Shown: positions 9,001 through 19,168, numbered from the stretch's first letter. The stretch is DNA of 64,000 bases from a virus (IMGVR_UViG_3300037461_000409:34780-98779), one strand, 5' to 3'. The notes: generated by a model from the letters alone, not told the origin. Numbers and translations: made by a program.

Positions 9001-9317
9001 ACCTCACCCCCTTCGAGCTCGTGGTCGAGCCACTGCCGAACCGCCTCGGGATCGCCGCATTTGGCCAGTCGGTCGCGCGTCTCTTGCAACTGTCCGCGGA
9101 GAACGGCCGCCTGGTCGTCCATGGTCTTGATCTGGCGCTCCAGCTCGAACACCCGCTCGCGGTTGGCATCGGCGATCTTGCGACACTCGCGCTCACGCTC
9201 ACCGGCGTCCTTCGCATCATTCTCGGCGCGCTGCTTGTCCGCGCGCTCATCCAGCGCCCAGATCATCAGCACCAGCCCCACGATCAAGCCCGCGCCCCCG
9301 ATCACCGCGTACCACAT
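8997..9317 (-). CDS. Inner-membrane spanin (Rz-like)
   Basis: Single N-terminal TM helix plus coiled-coil periplasmic domain. Confidence 0.75.
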   Translation of the reverse strand: MWYAVIGGAGLIVGLVLMIWALDERADKQRAENDAKDAGERERECRKIADANRERVFELERQIKTMDDQAAVLRGQLQETRDRLAKCGDPEAVRQWLDHELEGGEV

Positions 9318-9331
9318 GGTCCTCCCTCCCT

Positions 9332-9811
9332 CTATCCGTTTGTCGTGTGCGGCTTGCCGAGGATTCCGTGGTTGACCAGCTCCTCAAGCATCCCCGTGGC
9401 CCAGCCCGTGGCGAACACACCGGCCGCGGCCTCGAAAGTCAAGCCCCCCTGGAACGTCGCCAGGAGAGCCGCCGTCAGCGACAGCACGGGCGAGACGACG
9501 TACTTCCAGCGGCCCATCTTCTCCAAGAGCTTGGTAGTCTTCAGCCCGAACATCGCGAGCATGATGATCACCGCCGAGAGATACCACCATTGGCCGCCTT
9601 TGGCCGCGGCGATAGCGTCCTTGACCGCGCCCGTGGCCTCGCCGATGTCTTTGGGCTCACTTGGCTGGCTGGCCGGAACCGGCTTCGTCACCGGCTGGCT
9701 GGTCGGGGACAGCCTCGCATCGGCAGCGGCCATTGCCGGAGCCGAGCGGAAAGCCGGCGACACCAGAAGCAACGCCAGGACCGCGCAGCTGATTTGTCTC
9801 CCCAGGAACAT
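9332..9811 (-). CDS. Holin-like membrane protein
   Basis: Signal-like N-terminus, Pro-rich linker, about 3 hydrophobic segments; AAGGAG SD; immediately upstream of spanins. Confidence 0.55.
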   Translation of the reverse strand: MFLGRQISCAVLALLLVSPAFRSAPAMAAADARLSPTSQPVTKPVPASQPSEPKDIGEATGAVKDAIAAAKGGQWWYLSAVIIMLAMFGLKTTKLLEKMGRWKYVVSPVLSLTAALLATFQGGLTFEAAAGVFATGWATGMLEELVNHGILGKPHTTNG

Positions 9812-10034
9812 GCTCGTTCTCCTTTGCCGAGTCATCGGCAGTGAAGTCCCACGCTCGCCCCGATGCTCTGACCAGCACCAGACCGAGCTCGGTCGCTCGC
9901 GTGGGAGTGACAGAAGCGTGGATGGCGCCGACAGGAGTCCTGACGATCACGACTATCTCGTGCGTCCGTCGGTCTACCCCAACGCCAAAGGCCCCGAGGC
10001 TGTCGATCATGTGGATGTTGTCTGCGTTTTTCAT
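9657..10034 (-). CDS. Hypothetical protein
   Basis: Starts a few nt after previous stop; 3' end overlaps the holin-like gene by about 155 nt. Confidence 0.4.
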   Translation of the reverse strand: MKNADNIHMIDSLGAFGVGVDRRTHEIVVIVRTPVGAIHASVTPTRATELGLVLVRASGRAWDFTADDSAKENEHVPGETNQLRGPGVASGVAGFPLGSGNGRCRCEAVPDQPAGDEAGSGQPAK

Positions 10035-10037
10035 CGT

Positions 10038-11846
10038 CTACACCACCGGATAGGGTTGAGCCCACTGGTAGGTGAAATTGACCCTGATCCAGTGGATGCG
10101 GCAGTCCTTGGCCTCGGCCGTCGGGCTGACAAAAGAGAGTACCAGCTGGTCCGTGTGTTGATCCATCGTTCGATCCGCGGCGTCTGCGTCACAGGTGAAG
10201 CGCATGATGTTCGTGTTCGAGATAGAGCCGTAGGCCCACTCTATGAACTGCTGTGTGGAGTTGAGATTCTTGAAGTCCGTGACATCTGACAGCGCGGGCT
10301 TATCTCCGACGGCCGTGAACCCCATCCGGTGCAGCTGGGCGTGCATTCGCATGTTGTTGCCGCTGCTGACTTCCCCCCCGTCCTGGGTCCACATGACATC
10401 GATGTAGTTGATGATCGCTCCGTCGGGCAAGTTGATGAAGAACCGACAGGCTTTGGACATGACGTTGCAGTTGTAGAGCTCGGCCTCGCTGTCGGTGGGA
10501 GACGTGTCGCTGAGCAGCACCCACCCGTCGGCGCTGGACCGGACATCGGCAGCCCATTGCAGCGGGATCACGGTCGTGACGGTCTTGGTTTCCCACAGCG
10601 AGAACCCATTTTTTGCGAACACCGCCCCCTGCTCGGCCGCGATCCCCCGGGCGATAGCCGATGAGCCCATGCGGATCACCACCTCGTCCGTGCCTCCCCA
10701 GTTCAACGTGCGTTTCCCGAAGTTGGTGTTCGACAGCTCGGTCGCGTCGATAAAGGAGTTGCCGAAGTAGGTCAAGGACATCGTGTCGCCATTGGCCCCG
10801 AACCCCTCGTCATCCCCGCGAGGATCCATCACCAGGTACCCGTAGCGCTTCCCAGCGTCCTCGTAGAACGCGAACTTGGCCACGGGCGTGTCAGTCACGT
10901 AGTCACTGCCCCAGAATGCTATCGCTGGGGCATAGGCCAGGTGGAGATTGGCCGTGGCCTGCATCTTCACCGAGTCGACCGTGTTGTGCAGCGTCACCTG
11001 CTTGTGCGCGCCCGGCACCGCGGCCCCCGGCCCGAAATGTTCCACTCCAGCGCTTTCGAGGTCGATGGCCGGCAGCTTCACATGCGAGACGTTGCTGCCG
11101 TTGTCGATAATCTCCCCGAGCTGGCGACGGACCATCTGGGACCACAGGTGCAGGTCGCCCAGGCCGTAGGTCGCCCGGTCGGCATTCCGGTCGTTCGTCC
11201 CGTCGCCCCACTCCTGCTCATAAGGGCCATCGGCCGTCGCGGCACTGCCCTCGAAGAAGAAGTGCCGGTAGTCCGCCAGGGCGCTGATCACGGGACCGGA
11301 TGCAATTGTGACGCGGTAGACGCGGAACCACTCGCCGTTGCCCGGCGGGGCCAGCGCCGCTGCCTGATAGACTGCCTCCCACGTTGCTTCCTTCTGGGTG
11401 TAGACCGTGTCCACCTCTTCAGCCGCGGGCGATCCCACGGGGTTCCAGAAAATGCGGTTTTCGCGGCTGGAATCGGCCTGGACGTAGCGGACGTAGACAT
11501 CGTAGTTGCCGACGCTGGCCGTGGAAAAGTCCAGGGTGTAGCTATCGGGGCTGGAGTCGCCATGGACCACCCCAAACTCCAGGTCCGCCCCGTTCAACAG
11601 CCCCAGGATCGCCTTGCCCGAAGACAGCACCAGCGTCGTGCCGGTCCCAAGCCCGCCGGGCACGGTCCCGGAGAACCCGGAGAGAACCCTCGCCTCGTGA
11701 GCCGCGGCGCTTCCGGTGGAACGCCCTCGGGGAAGGATCAGACACCGGGTCGCCCGGGCCATATCCTGCTCCACCAGCTGGCCGGTCGCGAGCTCCAGGT
11801 CGGACAGCTGCACTCGCTCGTTTGGGTACCATTGGATGTGGTCCAT
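10038..11846 (-). CDS. Tail/baseplate-associated structural protein (fibre or receptor-binding candidate)
   Basis: N-terminal WYPNERVQLSDLE...VLSGF baseplate/fibre-attachment-like region; beta-rich C-terminus; follows wedge protein. Confidence 0.6.
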   Translation of the reverse strand: MDHIQWYPNERVQLSDLELATGQLVEQDMARATRCLILPRGRSTGSAAAHEARVLSGFSGTVPGGLGTGTTLVLSSGKAILGLLNGADLEFGVVHGDSSPDSYTLDFSTASVGNYDVYVRYVQADSSRENRIFWNPVGSPAAEEVDTVYTQKEATWEAVYQAAALAPPGNGEWFRVYRVTIASGPVISALADYRHFFFEGSAATADGPYEQEWGDGTNDRNADRATYGLGDLHLWSQMVRRQLGEIIDNGSNVSHVKLPAIDLESAGVEHFGPGAAVPGAHKQVTLHNTVDSVKMQATANLHLAYAPAIAFWGSDYVTDTPVAKFAFYEDAGKRYGYLVMDPRGDDEGFGANGDTMSLTYFGNSFIDATELSNTNFGKRTLNWGGTDEVVIRMGSSAIARGIAAEQGAVFAKNGFSLWETKTVTTVIPLQWAADVRSSADGWVLLSDTSPTDSEAELYNCNVMSKACRFFINLPDGAIINYIDVMWTQDGGEVSSGNNMRMHAQLHRMGFTAVGDKPALSDVTDFKNLNSTQQFIEWAYGSISNTNIMRFTCDADAADRTMDQHTDQLVLSFVSPTAEAKDCRIHWIRVNFTYQWAQPYPVV

Positions 11847-11857
11847 GGATGCTCCTC

Positions 11858-14374
11858 TTATCCCTCGTCGCCGCGCTGGGTGATGCCGTACCGCGGAATA
11901 ACCCCAGCAGCCACGATAGCGTCAATGATCTCCCTGGTCAGCCGATCCACGTCCGCCAGGTACATGGGGTAGTAGATTTCTCCGACGGTCCCGCCCGCTC
12001 CGTCGTTGTGAACAAACTCGTCGAGCAGCACCTGCGCTGATGGGATGGTCGTGTAGGCCACTCGCACGGGAGTGGCCGCCGCCGGCAAGGCATCGCGCAC
12101 GGTGATGTTCGATGTGGCGTAGGATGCCGTACCGACCACCTCGAACATCAGACCCGATTCTGCCACCATCTGCGATTCGTCGAACGACCAGTCAAGCCCG
12201 GTCTCGGTGACGAACCCGCCGGCCTTGAACACCACGGCCGTGTACTCGTCCTGGATTGCCACCACCCAATAGCTGCCGTTGTTCGACGGCGTGGCACTGC
12301 TGCCGGCGATCTTGATGTACTTATTCGCGTCCCTGTCGGTCAGCCGCGGGTGACGTAGGATGATCCGGCTGATCGTGTCGTCCCCGGTCTCGACCTTGGC
12401 CTCGTCCGCCCGGACTTCCCCGACAAGATCCAGCTGGCCGGCCCCCACGTAACTGGCCAGCCACACCCCATCGTTCTGGTTCCAGTCCTGGGAGTACACC
12501 GCCACACGCCGGCCATCATCGTCGGCGGTGAACGGGCTGGACGCGCTGGAAAGAGATGACCCGGGCATCCCGATCACTCCATCGGCGCGCCGGACGTTCG
12601 TCCACTCGCGGTCGTTTGCTGACCAGATTCGCAGACCATCCCACTGGCAGGTCCACGTCTGGTTGTCGCCGTTGTTGACGTAGCCGAAGCTGAACAGCGT
12701 GTCCGAGGAAGCCCCAAAGTCATCCCACGGGACAGACAGGGCCGTCCGGCCATCGATGTTCGCCCGCACCACGCCCTTGGCGCACTCGATTTCGATCCGA
12801 TGCCAGTCGGTGGCATCACCCCACGTCCAGTCAACGGTGTCCAGCGCCACCTCGGCCACGCTGCCCAGAGATACCTCGTTCTCGAAGTCCCAGAACAGGC
12901 ACACCTCGCGCTCGCCGTCGCACACGATCAGCTTCCAGGGCGCCCCGGCCGAGGCCGTGTGAGAGTCGATGCGCCACCAAACGCCGAGCTTCCACTGACC
13001 AGGACCGATCCACGCGATCTCCCGCTCGTACCGACCGCCGTTCGCCGTCCCGCCCGCCTGAGCCTGCACGAGCAGGCCACCCGACACAGAGAACACTGAC
13101 CCCTCGGCAGCCCCCTCGTTTTGGTAGGCCCACGCGGGATCCGCGGCGCTGGGCAGGACCGTCATCGCCAGCTCCTGCAGGACATCACCGACCCTGATCG
13201 AACAGATGGTGGTCGGGTCGGATGTCACGGGGATGGTGTTGGCGTCGGAGCTGGTCGGCCACAGCACCTCTTCCAGGAATGCTTTGCCCTCGTAGACCTC
13301 AGACACCTCCATGACCGGGGTATCGATGAACACCTCACATGGATGCCCCACCAGATCCTCGTAGACCGACCATCCTCCCTCTGGGAACAACGCGGCCATC
13401 GCGAGCTCCAGCGCGTAGACCGGCGTCTTCGCCAGGTAGGGCAGCACCATCAGCAGTCGACGCCAGGTCTCATCCGGGCAGCCGCGCGGCCTGGAGAGCC
13501 CGTGGCGACGGGCGATGCGGTCGAGCTCCTCGCCCTCGGCATAGTCGACTTGAAGCGCCCGGCGCAGCCTATCCAGGCCGGAGTAGCCTTCGCCTCCGTC
13601 GTAGACCTCGGCGTCCTCCGGATGCAGCCGCGCGAGGTAGCCGTCCTCGTCGTAGGTCTTCATCCGCCACCACACGCCGCTCTCGCTGGTCACGAAGGCC
13701 GGCCCGGCCAGGTCGACGGTTTTGTCATCCACGACGGTAGCGATCACGCGCCAGCCGGCGTTGTCCACCGCCCCGTTCGCCATGGGCAAGATCCACAAGG
13801 ACTTCCCCGTGTCGCCAGACGCGAAGGTGCCTGCGGCCTTCACCACCAGGCGCTGGGGTGACGCGGGGTCGATCTCGCCATCCACCCCGCTAACGTCCGG
13901 CCCAAGGCCAATGAACTCCTGCGCCCCGGGAAGCACGACCGTTCCGCAGTAGGGCGTGGACAAGCTCTCGTTGTCGATCCACAGCCGAAGGTTTCGGTCG
14001 CGAGTCGCGAAGTCGAGCGCGCTCTCAACCTGAATGCTAGACCATCGCCAGCGCACGTCGGTGCTGCCAATCCAGACCGGCGCGGTACCAGCAACGTCCA
14101 CGACCTCCACCGACCCCGGATCGTTGAACGTGGCCACCCGGAAGGTCCCGCGGTTGGGCAGGGTCAAGATGTCCAACAGGCGACCCACGTCGCTGGCTGC
14201 GAAAGCGTTGATGGTTCGGCTTTGCAGGTGCCCGGGCGTGATCGCCGAGAGCTCTGCGTCGTCCCCCCCGTAATTGGTCGCCTTGCGCAGCCGGGTGACC
14301 AACATCCCGCCGATCTCGTTGTCCGACTCGGCGACGGCTTCGATGGTTGCCGGCAGAAGGTTTTTGGTCGTCAT
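11858..14374 (-). CDS. Baseplate wedge protein (P2 gpI-like core) with inserted lectin/ConA-like and repeat domains
   Basis: DYAEGEELDRIARRHGLSRPRG..DE.WR motif; C-terminal IVAAGV; WHRIEI...ANIDG beta-sandwich. Confidence 0.65.
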   Translation of the reverse strand: MTTKNLLPATIEAVAESDNEIGGMLVTRLRKATNYGGDDAELSAITPGHLQSRTINAFAASDVGRLLDILTLPNRGTFRVATFNDPGSVEVVDVAGTAPVWIGSTDVRWRWSSIQVESALDFATRDRNLRLWIDNESLSTPYCGTVVLPGAQEFIGLGPDVSGVDGEIDPASPQRLVVKAAGTFASGDTGKSLWILPMANGAVDNAGWRVIATVVDDKTVDLAGPAFVTSESGVWWRMKTYDEDGYLARLHPEDAEVYDGGEGYSGLDRLRRALQVDYAEGEELDRIARRHGLSRPRGCPDETWRRLLMVLPYLAKTPVYALELAMAALFPEGGWSVYEDLVGHPCEVFIDTPVMEVSEVYEGKAFLEEVLWPTSSDANTIPVTSDPTTICSIRVGDVLQELAMTVLPSAADPAWAYQNEGAAEGSVFSVSGGLLVQAQAGGTANGGRYEREIAWIGPGQWKLGVWWRIDSHTASAGAPWKLIVCDGEREVCLFWDFENEVSLGSVAEVALDTVDWTWGDATDWHRIEIECAKGVVRANIDGRTALSVPWDDFGASSDTLFSFGYVNNGDNQTWTCQWDGLRIWSANDREWTNVRRADGVIGMPGSSLSSASSPFTADDDGRRVAVYSQDWNQNDGVWLASYVGAGQLDLVGEVRADEAKVETGDDTISRIILRHPRLTDRDANKYIKIAGSSATPSNNGSYWVVAIQDEYTAVVFKAGGFVTETGLDWSFDESQMVAESGLMFEVVGTASYATSNITVRDALPAAATPVRVAYTTIPSAQVLLDEFVHNDGAGGTVGEIYYPMYLADVDRLTREIIDAIVAAGVIPRYGITQRGDEG

Positions 14375-14736
14375 TGTCGTGGCTCGCTGTTGAAGTTCCG
14401 TGCTCCCACCCCAAACTCCGGCGGAAACGATCTGCGGATGCGCTGGAGCTTGACTGGCCAGGATCTCTCGCAGACATCGACGAGGATGCTGTCGGAGTCC
14501 ACTCCGTCTGTGATCTCCAGGGACACCTCTCCCTTTGGCACCGGGGGCGCCACGCACAGCAGAACCGCCCCATCATCGGACATGGGAGCATATCCTCGGC
14601 CAGTCCCGCCGTGACATCGCTGACCAGAGAGCTCGACCGTCAAGGGGGTGGAGACCGGGAATTCACCGGAAACGACGATCAGATCGCCGCCGGCCATCGA
14701 GAACGCGCTGGGAGAACAGGCGTCGATGCGGATCAT
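14371..14736 (-). CDS. Ig/IPT-like domain structural protein
   Basis: PSAFSMAGGDLIVVSGEF...CVAPP; paralogous to the upstream ORF. Confidence 0.55.
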   Translation of the reverse strand: MIRIDACSPSAFSMAGGDLIVVSGEFPVSTPLTVELSGQRCHGGTGRGYAPMSDDGAVLLCVAPPVPKGEVSLEITDGVDSDSILVDVCERSWPVKLQRIRRSFPPEFGVGARNFNSEPRQ

Positions 14737-15266
14737 CGGAGCACCCCCTGGCGAGCGTACCACGGGGCGAAGTTGGCCAGCATCGACCGCATCCGCGAGC
14801 GCCTGGTGCGCTCTACCACGGCGATCTCGGCGTCGAGCGGGATTACGATGTCACCGACCTCCAGCGTCACGTATGCCTGTCCCACCGGCGTTGGCGGGGT
14901 CCAGATCGTGACCTCGGCCGTGGGGGCAATCCGCTCGTAACCATACCCCTGTCCGCAGTAGCACAGCGGGTCATCTACCGTGTGGAGCGCGCCGAAGTGG
15001 AAGCGCACGGTGTCCGATGAACTCCATGGCCCGCGAATTGTGATGGGATCTCCTCCGGCGTCGGAAATGATCTGGGGATAGACCAGCAGCTCCGGCGCCA
15101 GCACCGCGCAGTTTCCGTACCGAACCTGCCCGTAGGGGCTCCGTCCATATCGGCACGAACTGTCGCCCGGGTCATACGGTACCGGCGGGGGTGGTGAGAC
15201 CTCCACGTCGAACTCGGCGTAGTCGACCCCAAGAGAACTGGCGATGTAGATCCTGATGATAGCCAT
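14733..15266 (-). CDS. Ig/IPT-like domain structural protein
   Basis: YGRSPYGQVRYG motif, then PQIISDAGGDPITIRG...TPP. Confidence 0.55.
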   Translation of the reverse strand: MAIIRIYIASSLGVDYAEFDVEVSPPPPVPYDPGDSSCRYGRSPYGQVRYGNCAVLAPELLVYPQIISDAGGDPITIRGPWSSSDTVRFHFGALHTVDDPLCYCGQGYGYERIAPTAEVTIWTPPTPVGQAYVTLEVGDIVIPLDAEIAVVERTRRSRMRSMLANFAPWYARQGVLR

Positions 15267-15268
15267 GA

Positions 15269-17263
15269 TCAGGCCGCCATGCTGACGACGGGACCACCCA
15301 TCTTGGATGTCACGTCCTCGCTTCCAACAAGCTCGCCCGTGCTGTGGTTGACCAGGTGAACGTAGTAGTTCGTACCATCGCGCACCGCAAACGAGAACAG
15401 CTGGTAGACGCCGTCCGTGTGCGGCACGGTCACGGCGTCCACCCGGTCGTAGTCGATCTCCAGCTCAACCGCCGCACCGCTTCCAACCTTGCCATAGGCG
15501 AGTTGCCATTGCGGCGTCTCATCCAACCAGTTGATGAGGTAGACCCCCTCGGTCGCGGCCATGATCATCAAGAATGGAGTGATGAAGGCCGGTATGAATT
15601 GCGCGCGAGATCCGAACGGGAGGCTGACAGAGCTGCGCGTGCCGGGGGTGATGATCGCCAACTCAGCCGACCAGGACCCGCCGGACACTGAAAGCCCGCT
15701 TTTCCAGGCAGCAGCTCGGTAGGTCTTGGTTGCCGACTGGTAATAGAGCACCCCCGTCTGCGGCTCGATGCCCACCCACAGGATGGTCTCGACCTCGGAA
15801 CTGACCCCATACTTTGGCCGGGCATATCCTCCGCTGTCTTCCAAGTACCAGCGGGTGCAAGATGCCGCCCAAACCCCGCCCTGCTCTATCAGTGAGCCGT
15901 ATGAGACAATTCGCTGGTGACCCGCCGCCCACACCAGCTGGTCGCCGAGCTGCCCGCAGTCGACGCAGGTACATGACCGGCTGCGCAGCTGATAGCCAGG
16001 AATCGAAATGCCACCGCCCCACGCCGTGTAACCGCCCCAGCCAGATCCGCCGATGTTTCGCTGCTGCCACCTCCCGTAGCTTGTGGTCCGAATCGGCGAC
16101 GTGTTGTACCCGATGAACCACGGGCCATCAGGATTGTACCCACGCTTGAAGGCCCCCGGCGCTCCGCTCCCCCACGCGGACTCCAACAGGCGCGTGTCGT
16201 CCAAGGTCAGGTCAGACAGGATGGCCGTGCGCAGCGCATAGTTCGGCGCGCCCCCGGTGTTGCATGTCAGCAGACAGCCGTCCTTGAATGCTGACATGAC
16301 CCCGTACTGAGGAAGGGTTCGACCGAAGCCGGAGATCTTTCGCGACCAGAGTTTGGCGTCTTCCGGATCTTCGACGCCGATCAAGTTGACGCTGCTGTCT
16401 CCAGTCACTACCAGCACCCTGTCAGGTACTGCCACCTGAAGCCCGCGGTGGGCGTTACTGGACTCGCGCGACCAAGCGGCGCCTTCCAGGATGGTTCCCT
16501 CGGCCACGGCGGCTGTGACTTGCCAGGCGGTCGTCACCCATCCATACCAGCTTTGCCATGGCTCAACGCCCAACTCAATCCATGCCGGTCCTGACAAGCC
16601 GACATGCGTCCTGGTGCTCAGCAGCCGCTTCACCGCAGAGCGGTCCCATCCGTACACACTGACCGTGTTTCCCACCCTCTCGATCTGAGCGTGGACCTCT
16701 CTCCACGATGCGTAGCAAGCGCCGGTGTTGAACGGGTCGTAATTCAACTGCACACGCCCGTTGAGCGACTGACCAGCGTAGGAGGCGGCGCACCGAATTT
16801 CGGCGTAGTCTCCAGCGGTCATGAACACGCGACAGAGACAACCGGTGTTGTCATGCCACCACTTGGCGGTCAGGCTGGTCCAGTTCACATCGATCAGAAA
16901 GTCACCGTCCACCCACCAGCGATGGGAAGATGAGATGAACTTGGATTGCCCGCACTTGCCCTGGAAGGTGACAGTGCCTTCACCAATGGCCGAGAGTCCC
17001 GTTGACTTGGAGTAGAAGCCAAACGGCTCTTGAGCCACGAGGCTGTGCCGCCGGTTGTTCATTGGCCCTTGCCCGCACGCGACCCCGCCATCGTAGATCT
17101 GGCCATCCCTACCGATGCCGGTCCCGATGAACTCGGGCGAGTCCGGATCCCACATTTCTCCAGCCACCTTGCGCACCGCGATGTGTCGCACGTTAGAACC
17201 GTAGACGAACTCCTTGCCATCGGTGTCGTACTGGCCGGATCTCCAACGCGGGGCCATTGTCAT
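15269..17263 (-). CDS. Tail-associated beta-rich protein
   Basis: 664-aa Trp/Gly-rich ORF in tail module with GGAGGAG SD. Confidence 0.6.
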   Translation of the reverse strand: MTMAPRWRSGQYDTDGKEFVYGSNVRHIAVRKVAGEMWDPDSPEFIGTGIGRDGQIYDGGVACGQGPMNNRRHSLVAQEPFGFYSKSTGLSAIGEGTVTFQGKCGQSKFISSSHRWWVDGDFLIDVNWTSLTAKWWHDNTGCLCRVFMTAGDYAEIRCAASYAGQSLNGRVQLNYDPFNTGACYASWREVHAQIERVGNTVSVYGWDRSAVKRLLSTRTHVGLSGPAWIELGVEPWQSWYGWVTTAWQVTAAVAEGTILEGAAWSRESSNAHRGLQVAVPDRVLVVTGDSSVNLIGVEDPEDAKLWSRKISGFGRTLPQYGVMSAFKDGCLLTCNTGGAPNYALRTAILSDLTLDDTRLLESAWGSGAPGAFKRGYNPDGPWFIGYNTSPIRTTSYGRWQQRNIGGSGWGGYTAWGGGISIPGYQLRSRSCTCVDCGQLGDQLVWAAGHQRIVSYGSLIEQGGVWAASCTRWYLEDSGGYARPKYGVSSEVETILWVGIEPQTGVLYYQSATKTYRAAAWKSGLSVSGGSWSAELAIITPGTRSSVSLPFGSRAQFIPAFITPFLMIMAATEGVYLINWLDETPQWQLAYGKVGSGAAVELEIDYDRVDAVTVPHTDGVYQLFSFAVRDGTNYYVHLVNHSTGELVGSEDVTSKMGGPVVSMAA

Positions 17264-17484
17264 CTCCTCCGGGGCTTGCGTTCTTTCTTGGTCGGGATCA
17301 GGCCCGCGTCTCTGACCTTCCACTCGGGGACATTGAAATCAAGCCGCAGCGAAATTCCATCTTCCTCGCCTTCCCACGATACCCGTAAACTTCCGTCTCC
17401 CCCCACTTGCAGAACCGATACCCGCGTGCCCGCCGGCATCACTCGCCCGCAACTGAGCTCGACGCTGTCAACCAAAACCATCAT
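17260..17484 (-). CDS. Small SH3-like hypothetical protein
   Basis: ATGA-coupled; PAGTRVSVL...LRVSW. Confidence 0.5.
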   Translation of the reverse strand: MMVLVDSVELSCGRVMPAGTRVSVLQVGGDGSLRVSWEGEEDGISLRLDFNVPEWKVRDAGLIPTKKERKPRRR

Positions 17485-17621
17485 TTTCCCACCCGCTGGC
17501 TGCAGCCCTTCCTCCATTTTCGGAATCTGCGATCCTGCAACCATGCCATCGACAACGGCACGACAACCGCGAGAAAAAACGCGCCCAGGGTAATCCATAC
17601 AACCTTCCAGTCGTCGCTCAT
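17481..17621 (-). CDS. Small single-TM membrane protein
   Basis: MSDDWKVVWITLGAFFLAVVVPLSMAW followed by basic tail. Confidence 0.55.
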   Translation of the reverse strand: MSDDWKVVWITLGAFFLAVVVPLSMAWLQDRRFRKWRKGCSQRVGK

Positions 17622-17896
17622 TCGCCCTTCTCCTGGATGCTGCCTTCTACGATCTCGAAGTCCAGTCCCGGGTCGGTCGAGGTCTTCATCGCCATCTCCA
17701 AGTCTCTGACCACCTGCTCCAGCTCTATGATCCGTCTCCCTTGTTCGTTGCATCGCTTGACCAGCGTAGCCCGCTCCGACTGGTAGCACCGCAGCTGGTA
17801 CTCCAGTTGCCGGCGGTGAGCCTGGCACAGCCCCAGGTCGTGACGAAGCCTGAGCACGTCCTCAACCAGGCTGTTGCGATCTCGGTCATCAGGCAC
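17618..17896 (-). CDS. Small coiled-coil hypothetical protein
   Basis: GTG start overlapping the previous stop; heptad pattern. Confidence 0.5.
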   Translation of the reverse strand: MPDDRDRNSLVEDVLRLRHDLGLCQAHRRQLEYQLRCYQSERATLVKRCNEQGRRIIELEQVVRDLEMAMKTSTDPGLDFEIVEGSIQEKGE

Positions 17897-18167
17897 AGCA
17901 CCGTTCCAATGCCGCGTAGATCCTTTGCCTGGCTTCCCCTGGAAGCAGGAGACACGGACCCAGATCGGACCGGTCAAACCGCACCTCGGCCTGCCGGCCT
18001 GTACCATCCACCCCCACCAGCGCCACTACCCCGTCCTCTTCGTCCGCCAACTCGGTCACCGCGTAGAGCTTCCCGTTGTCCGGCCAGACCCAACCTCCGG
18101 AGTTGGTGGAGGCGATACTGGGCAACCAATACTCGAAGATCCAGCGGTACCTGCTGTTCGTGGTCAC
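17889..18167 (-). CDS. Hypothetical protein
   Basis: GTGA-coupled 92-aa ORF. Confidence 0.5.
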   Translation of the reverse strand: MTTNSRYRWIFEYWLPSIASTNSGGWVWPDNGKLYAVTELADEEDGVVALVGVDGTGRQAEVRFDRSDLGPCLLLPGEARQRIYAALERCCA

Positions 18168-18742
18168 AGCCCCAACCTCCGGTGCGTCTTGGCCATGGTG
18201 ATCGTCCAGAACGGCTCGACGTGGTCCTTGGTGGTGTCCTCCGGAATCCCGAGCCGGGCCATCACCAGGTGCCCCAGCTCATGAAGTAGGGTATTGCGCC
18301 ACTCCTCGCGAACCTGACCCGTACCAGCCACGCAGTGGGGCTCGGTTGGCCACTCCGAGGTGCAGATGGGCGGCCACCATCTGGAAACCCAGATGTCAGA
18401 CCCACCGTAAGCGCAACCAGCCTTCCTGGCAGACTGGCCCTTGGGCCCGTATGGACCTCGCCCGCCGCATGTTTCGGGCTCATCGATCAGACAGACCCCG
18501 TTGCGCGTTCCGATCCTCCGCGTGGCCTCATCCACGGACTGGACATAGCCGTCCGCTTTCGCTGTCTCCAGAATGGCCGCCAGGTCCCTCTCAGCTTCCG
18601 CTACGACTTCTGCGCCGTTGGAGCACTTCTGCACGGTGTTGTGGGTCTGGTAGTCCTGCGCCCACGTCATCCTCCCGAGAGTCACGTACTTTGGGCAGGC
18701 GGCCAGCAGTGGCAGGATCAACAGCAGAAGACACCTTGTCAT
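18164..18742 (-). CDS. Lipoprotein with HExxH zinc-metallopeptidase motif
   Basis: Lipobox LLAAC; TLLHELGHLV...H; multiple Cys; GGAGGAG SD. Confidence 0.7.
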   Translation of the reverse strand: MTRCLLLLILPLLAACPKYVTLGRMTWAQDYQTHNTVQKCSNGAEVVAEAERDLAAILETAKADGYVQSVDEATRRIGTRNGVCLIDEPETCGGRGPYGPKGQSARKAGCAYGGSDIWVSRWWPPICTSEWPTEPHCVAGTGQVREEWRNTLLHELGHLVMARLGIPEDTTKDHVEPFWTITMAKTHRRLGL

Positions 18743-18841
18743 GACCAACTCCTCCAGCAAGGAAGCCAAGGACGAATCCGACCAGCAACGCCATGGGCGG
18801 TCCCAGCACCGCCAGCATGGCAAGGTCAGTGCAGTCCAACG

Positions 18842-19168
18842 TCAAGATGTCGCCCCAGTTCCCACCAGCCCTTCGGTCGCCATCAGGTCCCAGAGCTTGG
18901 CTTTGACCACCTCGTACAGCCCGCCGCTAACCTGAGAAGCAAACGCGGCGTCCAGGTTAGTGCCGGAGATGGTGTCCTCGAACACCTGCCCGACGTGGTA
19001 GGCGTCATTCTCGTCGACCCACCCCTTGCACCATTTGACGACCAGGGTCGCAGCCTGGGTGTCAGGTGGAAGAGTCAGGCAGAGGCTCAGGATCTGGTAC
19101 TTGTCCAGCTCCTTCTCGGTTGCCACAGCGACCGTCTCGGTCGGTGGTACAGTCGGTGTGTACGGCAT
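18842..19168 (-). CDS. Putative tail fibre assembly/chaperone protein
   Basis: Small ORF directly after the long fibre gene. Confidence 0.5.
   Translation of the reverse strand: MPYTPTVPPTETVAVATEKELDKYQILSLCLTLPPDTQAATLVVKWCKGWVDENDAYHVGQVFEDTISGTNLDAAFASQVSGGLYEVVKAKLWDLMATEGLVGTGATS

Noticed and set aside
18591-18845. 84-aa TTG-start hydrophobic ORF
   Set aside because: Overlaps the lipoprotein gene by about 150 nt and has a weak start; too uncertain to list as a feature
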